From Bdellovibrionota bacterium (GTDB taxonomy: Bacteria; Bdellovibrionota_C; UBA2361; JBGSMV01): DNA of 49,753 bases. Of this stretch, positions 19,934 to 29,102 are shown piece after piece (within the stretch, counting starts at the first letter, position 1; every line of letters begins with the position of its first letter). Where the stretch lies: assembly GCA_044356455.1 (NCBI GenBank), contig JBIKWF010000019.1:1-49753 (forward strand), written 5' to 3'. Both the position numbers and the translations under genes were made by a program. Below the pieces are notes generated by a model. It did no database searches. It was given only the letters and a program-made list of their open reading frames with translations, and had not been told where the DNA came from.

Positions 19934-20965
19934 TTAGTATTGGGAGCGGTCGCCGGCCGAATAGTTATCTGGCATCCGACGATCTGAATCTTTGACAGCC
20001 GAATCCGAGGCAGAGGAAGACGCCTTAAGATAAATGGTCTCTGGCCCTACCACTGCGAGCATCGCGAAAGGAATCTCCGACGCCGCCGGATAGAGGCTCT
20101 GGACCAATTGATCACATACAAAGGTCGAGGGCTCTCGCGGTCTATCAGAATACGTGACGCCAAGGTCATCGAGGACGCCGTACAACTCGCGCTCACCAAA
20201 AGCATCAAGCGGCTCTGCGCAAAGAAAAATTACGTCGTGAGGACGAAGAGGCACCGAGGCGAGTTCTACAGACACCATAGACTGAGACCCCACGTACCCA
20301 TCGGTAAGCTGCCCAGGCTGAGCGACGTTCCCGAGGTGCGGGTCGAGAATCGTTTCAAAAAACGGAAATACTTCCCCCTCGCGGCAGAGATAGGCATTGC
20401 CATGCCCGACTCGGCCCGCAGCAATCAAGTTCTTCTCAATGACAAGCCCGATGAGAGAAGTTGAGAGTCTCCCACCAGCCGCAAGCTTATGACCAAATTG
20501 ATATACGGAATCATTTGCCGCTTTGAAGGCTCTCTCTAAAAGTTCCAAGCTCACGACAGGAGCAGGCGCCTCTTGGGCGTGGAACTCAGCGGAATTTGCC
20601 GCCATCGAAGGAGTCTCTGGAACCTTTGCGCATGAGTCGGGGGCCTTGGGGGGATCGAAATAGTCGAGAACGGAGGCCACAAAGTGCTGCAATGCAAGCT
20701 TGCACGCAACCTGACTGCCGATACTACTGCGAACGGCCACTGCGCCCGCCATGACCATACTGCCCGGACGTTTATGAGGATTAATGGCGACGTAAGAGGA
20801 TTTCTCTGCGGAGGCCCCTTCTCCTCTGAACAAATGGCAGTCAATCCTCGTAATCGGCATGGAGGTAGTATCCCACACCTGCCCCCCAGCCGTTAATTGC
20901 TGAGTTACCCCTTCTTGACGAACGCTTCCGCCACTACGTCTAGGAAAGCTCACTACTGCCACCAC
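19934..20965 (-). CDS. PP2C/PPM-fold pseudophosphatase
   Basis: GSQVACKLAL, LERAFKAANDSVY, LSTSLIGLVI, GRVGHGNAYLCREGE, LRPHDVIFLCAEPL follow PP2C motif order, but the DG/GD aspartates are replaced; start may be 20860. Confidence 0.75.
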   Translation of the reverse strand: MVAVVSFPRRSGGSVRQEGVTQQLTAGGQVWDTTSMPITRIDCHLFRGEGASAEKSSYVAINPHKRPGSMVMAGAVAVRSSIGSQVACKLALQHFVASVLDYFDPPKAPDSCAKVPETPSMAANSAEFHAQEAPAPVVSLELLERAFKAANDSVYQFGHKLAAGGRLSTSLIGLVIEKNLIAAGRVGHGNAYLCREGEVFPFFETILDPHLGNVAQPGQLTDGYVGSQSMVSVELASVPLRPHDVIFLCAEPLDAFGERELYGVLDDLGVTYSDRPREPSTFVCDQLVQSLYPAASEIPFAMLAVVGPETIYLKASSSASDSAVKDSDRRMPDNYSAGDRSQY

Positions 20966-21028
20966 AAAAAAATGGACCCTAAGCGGGTAATGTATTCAAT
21001 TACCTAGCACTTGGAAACGATATTTCGC

Positions 21029-21055
21029 TCAAGAAGCTAAAGCCCAGGACGATAA
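21029..21055 (+). promoter_or_regulatory. Sigma28 (FliA)-type promoter
   Basis: TCAA-N15-GACGATAA versus consensus TAAA-N15-GCCGATAA, 38 nt before the ATG at 21094. Confidence 0.65.
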
Positions 21056-21063
21056 GCTCTATA

Positions 21064-21086
21064 GGGGCAACGGATGCCCCAAGGAG
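21064..21086 (+). promoter_or_regulatory. CsrA/RsmA-type hairpin next to the RBS
   Basis: GGGGCA-ACGGA-TGCCCC stem-loop followed directly by AAGGAG. Confidence 0.6.
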
Positions 21087-21093
21087 TAGTTGT

Positions 21094-21738
21094 ATGGAAG
21101 CAGTAGCAGTATCCCCCCTCGCCCAGTCCTCATTTTCCCCCACTTCATTTAACCTTCAGAGCGCAGACCAGCGGGCAGATACGCTCGTGATTGAAAGCTC
21201 ACTCGGAGACCAAAGCGGCAGCGTCTCGGACGCCAATTTCGAGGACCTCTACAAGTCTCTGAGCGTGACGGCAAAAAAAGTCGTCGATAAAATAAATGAA
21301 CTTCTCAAAGCCAAATTACCTAACGGCGTTCAGAGCCTAAAGCCACAGGACGTCACCCCGGATGCTACGGCAGAACGTATTGTACAGGGCGCGACCTCCT
21401 ACTTCGATGTCTTCGCAAAACAAAACCCTAATCTCGAGGGAGTTGAGTTACTCAATAAATTCCTTGATACCATCAAAGGCGGAATTGAATCAGGGTATGG
21501 AGATGCCGTAAGCACGCTTGAGGGCCTCGGCGCTTTCGAGTTCGATGGGGTAAAAAGCGGCGTTGAAAAGACCAAGGCTCTCATAGGCGAAAAACTTGCA
21601 GCCTGGGAAGCATTTAAGCGCAAAGAGCTTGGCATAGACCCGGCGCAGGAACCTATCGCTAACCAAGTTGGCTCTGAAATACTTGGACAAGCAGGAGCAG
21701 GGATCCTTAGGGCGCAAGGGCTGAGCGTTACAGCGTAG
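21094..21738 (+). CDS. DUF5610-domain protein
   Basis: DVTPDATAERIVQGATSYF...FLDTIKGGIESGYGDAVSTLEGLG signature; good RBS. Confidence 0.8.
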   Translation: MEAVAVSPLAQSSFSPTSFNLQSADQRADTLVIESSLGDQSGSVSDANFEDLYKSLSVTAKKVVDKINELLKAKLPNGVQSLKPQDVTPDATAERIVQGATSYFDVFAKQNPNLEGVELLNKFLDTIKGGIESGYGDAVSTLEGLGAFEFDGVKSGVEKTKALIGEKLAAWEAFKRKELGIDPAQEPIANQVGSEILGQAGAGILRAQGLSVTA

Positions 21739-21755
21739 GATTGTGTCCCGTAACC

Positions 21756-23102
21756 TTAGGCAAAGATTCGCCTTGCCTCGGCAATCGCTTCCACGAGCAT
21801 GTCGAAGTCCTCTTCGCAGGAATAAACCCCGATACTCGCTCGCGCTGAGCTGGGAATCCCAAGACGCTTTAAGGCCGGCATCGCGCAGTGGTGCCCTGCG
21901 CGTATCTGTACATTAAAGCTATCCGCCACCGATGATAAATCATGCGGATGAACACCCATCACATTAAAAGGCAGTATTGAGATTTGCTCCTTGCCTTGAG
22001 TGGCGGGGCCATAAAGCGTAACCCCTGCACAGGAAGAAAGTTTTCCCCACGCGTAATCAAAAAGCGCTCTATCGTGAGACTGAATGGCGTTCCACCCCAA
22101 GGCCTGAACAAAGTTTACGGCTTCTCCGAGCGCAATAGCTTCGGCGATAGCAGGAGTACCTGCTTCAAACTTTTGCGGCGCCGCGGCCCACGTGGACCCC
22201 TCGGTGGTGACGAAACTAATCATGTCGCCGCCTCCCTGGAAGGGCTCCATGAGGTCAAACATTTCTTGGCGCACGTAAAGCACACCGATTCCCGTAGGGC
22301 CGTAAAGCTTGTGGCCTGAAAAAACCAAGAAGTCAGCGCCAAGCTCTTGAACTGAAATCGGAACATGCGCCACAAGCTGCGCTGCATCAACAAGAGTCAT
22401 GGCACCTATGGCCTTGGCTTCTTGCACCAGTTCCACAATTGGCAAGAGCGTGCCAAAAGAATTGGCGAGCCCCGTAAGAGAAACAAGTTTTGGCTTATGC
22501 AAAGCGAGCAGAGTGGAAAACGATTCTCGGCTTAGGCTGGCATCAGACCCAATGTCAGCAAACACCACCTTCACACCGCGGCGCTTTTCAAGCATCTGCC
22601 AGGGCACGATATTGCTGTGATGCTCAAGCAAAGAAAGAAGAATCACATCACCCGGCTGAAAGCGATCTTCTAGGCTGCGCGCCACAAGATTAATCGACTC
22701 AGTTGCGCCGCGAGTAAAAACAATACTGCGCTCCGAGGACGCCTTAAGAAACGACGCCACACTACGCCGCGCAGCCTCGTAAGAATCCGTTGCATTGGCA
22801 CTAAGCGCATAAGCGCCGCGATGGATATTCGCGTGCTCGGAACTCAAATAGCGTGAAATCCTCTCGATAACACAGTTCGGTTTTTGTGCGCTGGCAGCGG
22901 AATCAAGATACGAGAGCGGGAGAATCCTGCCCTGAGCTACCCTTCTTGCACTTGAAAATATAGGGAACTCCGAGCGAAGCTCCCTTCCCGGAATAAGCAT
23001 TTTCCCACTACAATCAGTGGTGCCTTTAAAGTCTGGGGCACTCGAAGAGCCGCCCTGGAGGATAGATTCTGTAGTATTCACAATAGCTGCTGTCTGCGAC
23101 AT
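21756..23102 (-). CDS. sufS: Cysteine desulfurase, SufS family
   Basis: YLDSAASAQKP, ANIHRG, EHHSNIVPW, FSGHKLYGPTG (PLP Lys), IRAGHHCA (catalytic Cys); start could be 23141, 23102 or 23000. Confidence 0.95.
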   Translation of the reverse strand: MSQTAAIVNTTESILQGGSSSAPDFKGTTDCSGKMLIPGRELRSEFPIFSSARRVAQGRILPLSYLDSAASAQKPNCVIERISRYLSSEHANIHRGAYALSANATDSYEAARRSVASFLKASSERSIVFTRGATESINLVARSLEDRFQPGDVILLSLLEHHSNIVPWQMLEKRRGVKVVFADIGSDASLSRESFSTLLALHKPKLVSLTGLANSFGTLLPIVELVQEAKAIGAMTLVDAAQLVAHVPISVQELGADFLVFSGHKLYGPTGIGVLYVRQEMFDLMEPFQGGGDMISFVTTEGSTWAAAPQKFEAGTPAIAEAIALGEAVNFVQALGWNAIQSHDRALFDYAWGKLSSCAGVTLYGPATQGKEQISILPFNVMGVHPHDLSSVADSFNVQIRAGHHCAMPALKRLGIPSSARASIGVYSCEEDFDMLVEAIAEARRIFA

Positions 23103-23216
23103 GAGGCCATTAAAAATAGCTATCTTGAGTTTTTTAATCAAGAATATGCTTTTGGCGAAGTAACCTCATAAGCATGCTCTTCACCTTAGGAATAAGCAAC
23201 GCGCAGGACCTCCCCT

Positions 23217-24341
23217 ATGCCAGCCATGGAAAGAGAAGAACCCAGGGAATCCTCAGCTTCCATGGCAGTACCGAGGTATTCACGAGGCCCGCAACCAGCC
23301 GCATGGGGGGTGTTTTTGAGTTTAATTGCCCTCGGCGTGCTTCTGATTTGCTCCGGAGGAATACTGTTTGCAAGCCAAGAATGGCGAGTCTCCGCAAGCC
23401 AAGCCCTTGCTGCTCGAATCAGCTCACGCTTTGGTGCGCCCTCAAAAGCGTTCGAGGCGAGCATGCCCGAACAAGAAGAAATCCTGCGGGAACTGGAAAG
23501 TGGCATCTCTTCTCTTCTTCTTCTTGAGCCTCTTACCAATACCCTCAGGAGCCTGCTTGGCGAAGCGGGAGGCGACCTTGCCTCAGCCTCATTCGCACTC
23601 ACGGTGCTACGTGAAATTTCTTCGCAGCGTGCTCTCGTGAGCGAGCGTAGCCCTGAACAAGTGAAGTACTTGCTGCGAGCAGGGCTAGCCGCGAGCACAG
23701 AAAAGCTAGAACTGCCCCTTGGGCTTTCAGGCCGAGAACCGATCGAGCAAGAGCTTGAAGAGGCCGGTCTCAAGATTTCCGCAAGCGCAAGCCTACTCGA
23801 TGGAACTACTCGTGCCTGGGGGGAGCAGCTAGAAAGAACAAGGGCCCTACGCCAACGAATTGAGCTTGTCCGGGCTGACGCAGCCCAGTTTTTCGGAATC
23901 GGCCCCCTCGACGAGGCTCAAATATTAAGCCAGCAAGAGTCGCAGGCACCCTCCTCCCTGCATACCCACTTCTACTCCTCGGGACTCCTCTCCAATTTCC
24001 CGATTTTGCCTGAAGTTCCAGATGGGCTCGAATCCCCAGAGAGTCTGCGGAGCGCGATAGTAAATGCAGGGGGGACGGCGCTGGCTGCTGACGGAACAAG
24101 CGCCGAAGAGCGGCAGGCGAGATTTGCTGAGCTTCAGGCCACTGGAGCTGCCCTTCTCAAAGAGGCTCAAGAACTAGAATCGACCTCTGAAAGCCTCATT
24201 GCCACTATGGATCAACAGGCAGCAGAGCTAAAAACACAGCATATCAACAAGTTACACATTTACAGCAAACTTCTTGTTACCACAGTTAAAGATCTCTCTA
24301 TGAAAAACTTACTAAATGCCCTTCCGCAAACAATTTTATAA
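23217..24341 (+). CDS. Hypothetical membrane-anchored coiled-coil protein
   Basis: 374-aa ORF; one N-terminal TM (WGVFLSLIALGVLLICSGGILF) and coiled-coil-like C-terminus. Confidence 0.7.
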   Translation: MPAMEREEPRESSASMAVPRYSRGPQPAAWGVFLSLIALGVLLICSGGILFASQEWRVSASQALAARISSRFGAPSKAFEASMPEQEEILRELESGISSLLLLEPLTNTLRSLLGEAGGDLASASFALTVLREISSQRALVSERSPEQVKYLLRAGLAASTEKLELPLGLSGREPIEQELEEAGLKISASASLLDGTTRAWGEQLERTRALRQRIELVRADAAQFFGIGPLDEAQILSQQESQAPSSLHTHFYSSGLLSNFPILPEVPDGLESPESLRSAIVNAGGTALAADGTSAEERQARFAELQATGAALLKEAQELESTSESLIATMDQQAAELKTQHINKLHIYSKLLVTTVKDLSMKNLLNALPQTIL

Positions 24342-24700
24342 TAAAACTTTAACACAACTAAACTTGACCAAACGTCTCAAAACCAATATTTTTTCGCCCC
24401 CGTTCATTTTTTTGTTGCAATTAGCCCCTCAGGCAGACTACCTTCGTGAGCCTCCCCGGACGTATCGGGGTCGGGTGGTCTGTATCACTTAAGATTGTGC
24501 CCCTCAGCAGTTTTTAGTTCGCTAAAATATAGCCTCTTCAAGAGGCCTGATGTTTGTGCCTCTTCTCGAATTGATTAAACGATTAGTTAAACGATTCGGG
24601 GGCGACATGAAAAATCAGATTTTAGTTTTGGCGAGAATGATCTTAGCTGGGTAGCTTTTTTGAAGGTACAGAAGAAGAACACTGTGAGCATAGGGACCCT

Positions 24701-24746
24701 GTGAATAAAAGGGGCCGTGAGTAAAAGGGTCGTGAGTAAAGGGGCC
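24701..24746. repeat. Three imperfect 15-16-bp tandem repeats
   Basis: GTGAATAAAAGGGGCC, GTGAGTAAAAGGGTC, GTGAGTAAAGGGGCC. Confidence 0.75.
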
Positions 24747-25009
24747 CGGGAAGCAAACAAACACTGAGAGCGAATCGACTGGCGGATTCATGAGTATGAA
24801 TCCCCCTAGTCGGCAACTGAATTGGGCAGGAATCGTTTTTCTGCTTTTTCGAGACGAGACGTAACTTTTCTCGAAAGAGGATAAAAATTTCTCTGTTCAC
24901 TTTCTTTCTTTAGTGTGTTTGCCTGCGCTGCTTATGTATTCGCTGCGCAGATTAATTGCTCACCGAGTGTTCTTCCCATCCCGAAAAATGCTTGATGCTT
25001 AACGTTAGC

Positions 25010-25178
25010 CCATCTTTTGCTTGAAGGGGGCGAACTACAGCGTGTCGGCATAGCTGCGGCTCATGAGGCAGCTCCCCTGTGGAGCGGCCTATTTGTTTGC
25101 CGGTGCCAGCGTGTCGCTAACTGTAGCCCGCAACTAACGGTGAGGACCTCGTGTCTTCTTTGCTTCAAGCCAAGACGG
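25010..25178 (+). ncRNA. Candidate structured RNA (nested long hairpin)
   Basis: GCTTGAAG/CTTCAAGC outer stem, CTACAG/CTGTAG, GTGTCGGCA/TGCCGGTGC (G-U pairs favour + strand), apical GCTCC-CCTGT-GGAGC. Confidence 0.35.
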
Positions 25179-25278
25179 TAGTCGACGCAAGCAGCTCGCC
25201 ATGACGAAAAGCTTGCAAAAGGCTGCCTTGCGATTTCAGCGCGCAGAGAGACTGGCGGCGGTAGCTTGATTCGCAGCG

Positions 25279-25392
25279 GCGCTGAGTCTTGAAGCGGCGC
25301 TGGGTTTAGCCGCGGCGCTGTGTTTAGCCGCAGCGCTGTGTTTAGCCGCAGCGCTGTGTTTAGCCGCAGCGCTGTGTTTAGCCGCAGCGCTG
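25279..25392. repeat. 18-bp tandem repeat (VNTR)
   Basis: Four perfect GCGCTGTGTTTAGCCGCA copies (25315-25386), two degenerate upstream copies and a partial downstream copy. Confidence 0.95.
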
Positions 25393-25453
25393 GGGAGCAC
25401 GAGCATAGAAGTATAGTGTTAGTTTCATTCAGTTTTTTTGGAGAGGACTTGAT

Positions 25454-25927
25454 ATGAAATTTTGGTCGAACGGTGACATCCCTTCTCACGGAACTTTTGT
25501 CCCTGAGAAACGACTCTTAGCTGCTGTTCTGCAAAGAGCAATCACTGATTTTATTAGTGGTGACGGTGAGCTAAAAGAAGGAGCTCGCCTTTGGCTTCTA
25601 GAAGACGAAAGCTGCGCAGATGCCCCTCTTTCATTCCGTTTCATTTGCGAAGCCCTCGACCTTGACCTCTCGAGCTTGCGCAAAGCTATTTTCATGCAAG
25701 AAGAGGCGCAAACAGCAGCAACGGCCGCCGCTTCCGCGGAAGCAGCATCGGCTGAGCGCGTGCTTGTGAGAGCTTCGGTTCAGGCACTCGCCATTAACCC
25801 AATCGTGGGAGGCTCACAGGGAGCTTCGATCGTAAGTGCATCCCGGCCGGTACCTTCTATTGCAGCAGCTTCTTCCGTAGTAGCGCCTGCAGTTGCTTCA
25901 ATGATGTTCCAGGAAGCAGCTCTCTAG
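25454..25927 (+). CDS. Small uncharacterised protein (PEKRLL...SFxxICExL family) with Ala-rich tail
   Basis: RBS GGAGAGG; PEKRLLAAVLQRAITD...ARLWL...LSFRFICEALDLD; paralogue at 29103-29462. Confidence 0.85.
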   Translation: MKFWSNGDIPSHGTFVPEKRLLAAVLQRAITDFISGDGELKEGARLWLLEDESCADAPLSFRFICEALDLDLSSLRKAIFMQEEAQTAATAAASAEAASAERVLVRASVQALAINPIVGGSQGASIVSASRPVPSIAAASSVVAPAVASMMFQEAAL

Positions 25928-25991
25928 TTTCTGCTGATGAAATATCGCTAGGACAATAACAGCAATATTCGAGAGCAATATTGCTCAAGCG

Positions 25992-26028
25992 AAAAGGCAC
26001 AGATGAGGTTCTCATCTGTGCCTTTTTT
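25992..26028 (+). terminator. Rho-independent terminator
   Basis: AAAAGGCACAGATGAG-GTT-CTCATCTGTGCCTTTTTT. Confidence 0.9.
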
Positions 26029-26242
26029 GCTTGCCCCCCCCCCCCAATGACCGCCTCGGCACTGCCGCACCAGATTCAATATAATCTGTCCAGAGCCTTA
26101 CTACCTCCCCCATACGCAACCCCCTGTCACTGCTGAAGAAAGGCACAAATCCGAACGAGCATCCGGTTTGAATGAACCTCCCTGAGCCTTACGCCGAGAT
26201 CATAACTACCCAAGTTGAATGTGCCCCTGGTAAAATGTGCCT

Positions 26243-26518
26243 ATGGAACCCTCGGCGACACGCGGAAATAGCCCCGATCGATGGAACAAGCTACTCACAA
26301 GCTTGGACGAGAAGCTTCAGCTTGGCATCCTCGACCAACTTCGTAAAATCAAGTCCTACCACTTCGAAGAGGATATTTTATTCCTCGAGCCCTGCTCACC
26401 AGAGCAGGAGACCTACCTATGCAAGGATGCGGTAGGACAGCAACTTCAGCTTCTTGCACATGACGCGGTCCGCGTGGACCGCGTGAAAATAAAGAAGTTG
26501 AGCTCTCCCCAGGGCTAG
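26243..26518 (+). CDS. Small hypothetical protein (possible DnaA-N / DnaX C-terminal-like fold)
   Basis: WNKLLTSL...QLRKIKSYHFEEDILFLEP...YL pattern (helix-helix-strand-strand-helix). Confidence 0.6.
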   Translation: MEPSATRGNSPDRWNKLLTSLDEKLQLGILDQLRKIKSYHFEEDILFLEPCSPEQETYLCKDAVGQQLQLLAHDAVRVDRVKIKKLSSPQG

Positions 26519-26654
26519 TTTACCCTCCTGTACCTAATTGGATTTCGTTGGTTAGGCAGAAAACGCCGTGCGTGCTTCTTTGCGGAATAAGCTTTGAGGC
26601 AATTTGCGCTTTTAGCTGCCTTCATTTTTTGTCATTTGTTCGTGGTGCTCGTTC

Positions 26655-28445
26655 ATGGAAAATTCGTCGGACTCTCTTTATAAAATTCGCCATTCTCTCG
26701 CTCACGTTCTCGCCCAAGCGGTGCTCGAGATTCGCCCCGGAGCCAAGCTCGCTTTCGGCCCGCCGATCGACAACGGGTGCTACTACGACTTTTTGTTTGA
26801 CACTCCTATCACCACGGAAGATTTCCCCGACATCGAAAAGCGCATGCGAAAGATCATCGCCGCGCGCCAGCCCTTTAGCGCTTCTTCGAGATCGTCAGCG
26901 GATGCAATCTCGCACCTCGAAAAGCTAGGCCAGAATTTCAAGGTTGAGTACTGCCAAGAGCTCGCCACTGGCGGCGAAAAAGAAATCGGATTTTACGTCA
27001 ATGGTCCCTTTGAAGACATGTGCGCAGGACCGCACGTGAGCCACACCGGGGAAATCCCCCCGGACTGCTTCAAGGTCGACTCGGTAGCAGGTGCCTACTG
27101 GAGAGGGAGCGAAAAAAATCCGCAGCTCACCCGGCTCTATGTGCTCGCATTCGAGAATAGGCCGCGTCTTGATGAGTACATCAAGGCCAGGGAACTTGCG
27201 AAGCAAAGAGATCATCGCAAGCTTGGAAAGGAGCTTGAACTCTTTTTCGTTTCCGAAGAAGTCGGACCTGGTCTGATTATGTGGACTCCGAATGGAACCG
27301 CCATTCGCGAGTCTCTCGAGCAGTTTGCAAAGGAAACCGAGGCTCGCTTTGGCTATGAGCGCGTGAGCACCCCGCACATTGCGAAAGAGGGACTCTATGT
27401 CACCTCGGGGCATCTCCCCTACTACAAAGACAGCATGTTTCCTCCTATGCAGATTGAAGGTGAGGCGAACTATTACCTCAAAGCCATGAACTGTCCGCAT
27501 CATCACCAGATCTACAGCCTGAGGCCTCGCAGCTACCGAGAACTCCCCGTGCGTTATGCGGAATATGGGACGGTATATCGCTTCGAATCTTCGGGATCCC
27601 TCTCGGGACTTCTGCGCGTGCGATCACTCGCCATGAACGATGCGCACATCTACTGCAGCGTTGAGCAACTTAAGCAGGAGCTTAAGGACACGTTCCACCT
27701 CACCCTCCAGTATTACCGCAAATTCAGGATGGAGAGCTCACACGTGCGCTTCTCTACGCACGATCCGAAGAACAAAGAAAAGTTCATCGACAACCCAGAG
27801 CTCTGGAAGTATTCCGAGGACACGGTCGGGGAAGTTCTTGCCGAACTTGGTGCGAAGTTCACGATGGGACCTGGAGAAGCGGCTTTCTATGGGCCTAAGA
27901 TTGACTTTCAATACACCTCAGCCCTCGGTAGAGAAGAGACCATCAGCACGGTTCAGCTCGATTTTTCTTCCCCGATTCGCTTCAACCTTAATTACGTAGG
28001 AGTGGACGGCAAAGAGCACAGACCCTTTATTGTGCACCGCGCCCCCTTGAGCACGCATGAACGTTTCATTGCTTTCTTGATTGAGCACTTTGGAGGTGCG
28101 TTCCCCACCTGGATGGCCCCAGTGCAGGCGAAGATTATCCCTGTGGGAGAGCAGTGCTACGAATACGCCCAGGAGCTTGAGAAACAACTCAAGCAGCAGC
28201 TCTTTAGGGTGAGCACGGATAATTCGAGTAACTCCTTTAATAAAAAGATTCGCGAAGCCGTAATCCACAAGATCCCCAACATTGTGATTGTGGGGAACAA
28301 GGAAATGGCTGCGGGAGGAATTACCTTGAGGCGTTACTGCACTGAGCAGCAAACCTCGATGTCTAAGGATGCGTTCCTCACCTACATGAACCATCTTCTC
28401 AAGGAGAGGGTCATGGACAATTTTGCAGACGAGAAGGTTAGCTAG
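26655..28445 (+). CDS. thrS: Threonine--tRNA ligase (no N-terminal TGS domain)
   Basis: IRHSLAHVLAQAV, DMCAGPHV, AGAYWRG, RDHRKLG, KAMNCPHH, GEAAFYGPKID, HRAPLSTHERF. Confidence 0.98.
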   Translation: MENSSDSLYKIRHSLAHVLAQAVLEIRPGAKLAFGPPIDNGCYYDFLFDTPITTEDFPDIEKRMRKIIAARQPFSASSRSSADAISHLEKLGQNFKVEYCQELATGGEKEIGFYVNGPFEDMCAGPHVSHTGEIPPDCFKVDSVAGAYWRGSEKNPQLTRLYVLAFENRPRLDEYIKARELAKQRDHRKLGKELELFFVSEEVGPGLIMWTPNGTAIRESLEQFAKETEARFGYERVSTPHIAKEGLYVTSGHLPYYKDSMFPPMQIEGEANYYLKAMNCPHHHQIYSLRPRSYRELPVRYAEYGTVYRFESSGSLSGLLRVRSLAMNDAHIYCSVEQLKQELKDTFHLTLQYYRKFRMESSHVRFSTHDPKNKEKFIDNPELWKYSEDTVGEVLAELGAKFTMGPGEAAFYGPKIDFQYTSALGREETISTVQLDFSSPIRFNLNYVGVDGKEHRPFIVHRAPLSTHERFIAFLIEHFGGAFPTWMAPVQAKIIPVGEQCYEYAQELEKQLKQQLFRVSTDNSSNSFNKKIREAVIHKIPNIVIVGNKEMAAGGITLRRYCTEQQTSMSKDAFLTYMNHLLKERVMDNFADEKVS

Positions 28446-28569
28446 GGAGACCTCGACAGTCTATTTTTTACTCTCTGTGATCTCTGTGTCCTCTGTGGTT
28501 TTTCAACAATTTTAACAAACCACAGAGGGCACAGAGTTCACAAAGTGGACTTTTTCAGAGCTTCCCTAG
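28442..28569. mobile_element. MITE-like repeat (family A)
   Basis: CTAG (contains the thrS stop) ... CTCTGTGTCCTCTGTGGTT / AACCACAGAGGGCACAGAG ... TTTTTCAGAGCTTCC-CTAG. Confidence 0.85.
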
Positions 28570-28647
28570 TTAATGCCAGCCCCTTAGTGGTCTTTGTGGT
28601 TTAAAAAGACAACCACCAAAGGGTAGAGAATGCTTTCGTGAGGTAAG

Positions 28648-28872
28648 ATGACACAGCCTGCTTCCCACGCAATTTGCGCGCAGTGCAAAGCACCTTTTGA
28701 TAGATCCTCGTCGCGTGCGTTCCCGTTTTGCTCCGATCGCTGCAAGCTGCTCGATTTAGGCGCCTGGGCATCTGAGCGTTACATCATCAAGGGTAAACCT
28801 CTCGATGACCGAGTAGGTGAAGCGGAAGCTTTGCCTGAGCCTAGAGAACAAGACGATGAGTCTCTGAATTAG
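28648..28872 (+). CDS. yacG: DNA gyrase inhibitor YacG
   Basis: CAQC...AFPFCSDRCKLLDLGAWASERYII. Confidence 0.93.
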   Translation: MTQPASHAICAQCKAPFDRSSSRAFPFCSDRCKLLDLGAWASERYIIKGKPLDDRVGEAEALPEPREQDDESLN

Positions 28873-29102
28873 GGAAATGCGGAACACCCTTCAGGTAATT
28901 GGAGACCTTTGTGTCCTTCGCGTCCTTTGCGGTCCAATCTGAACCCAAATCACGGACACGATTTAATTTGCGCACCACGAAGCATCGGACACATTCTAAG
29001 AAATTGACCAAGACAGGGCGCTCAGCCTCCCGCCACCTCCTTAACGTGGGCCCCCGTACGTGGGGAAGCCAAAGAGGAGGCATAACGCCCTGTCCTGCGA
29101 CA

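Noticed and set aside
25279..25392. Possible CRISPR array
   Set aside because: Units are directly adjacent with no unique spacers; no cas genes in the window
25061..25489. 142-aa minus-strand ORF with ALRLNT repeats
   Set aside because: Translation of the 18-bp VNTR; overlaps the start of the well-supported + gene
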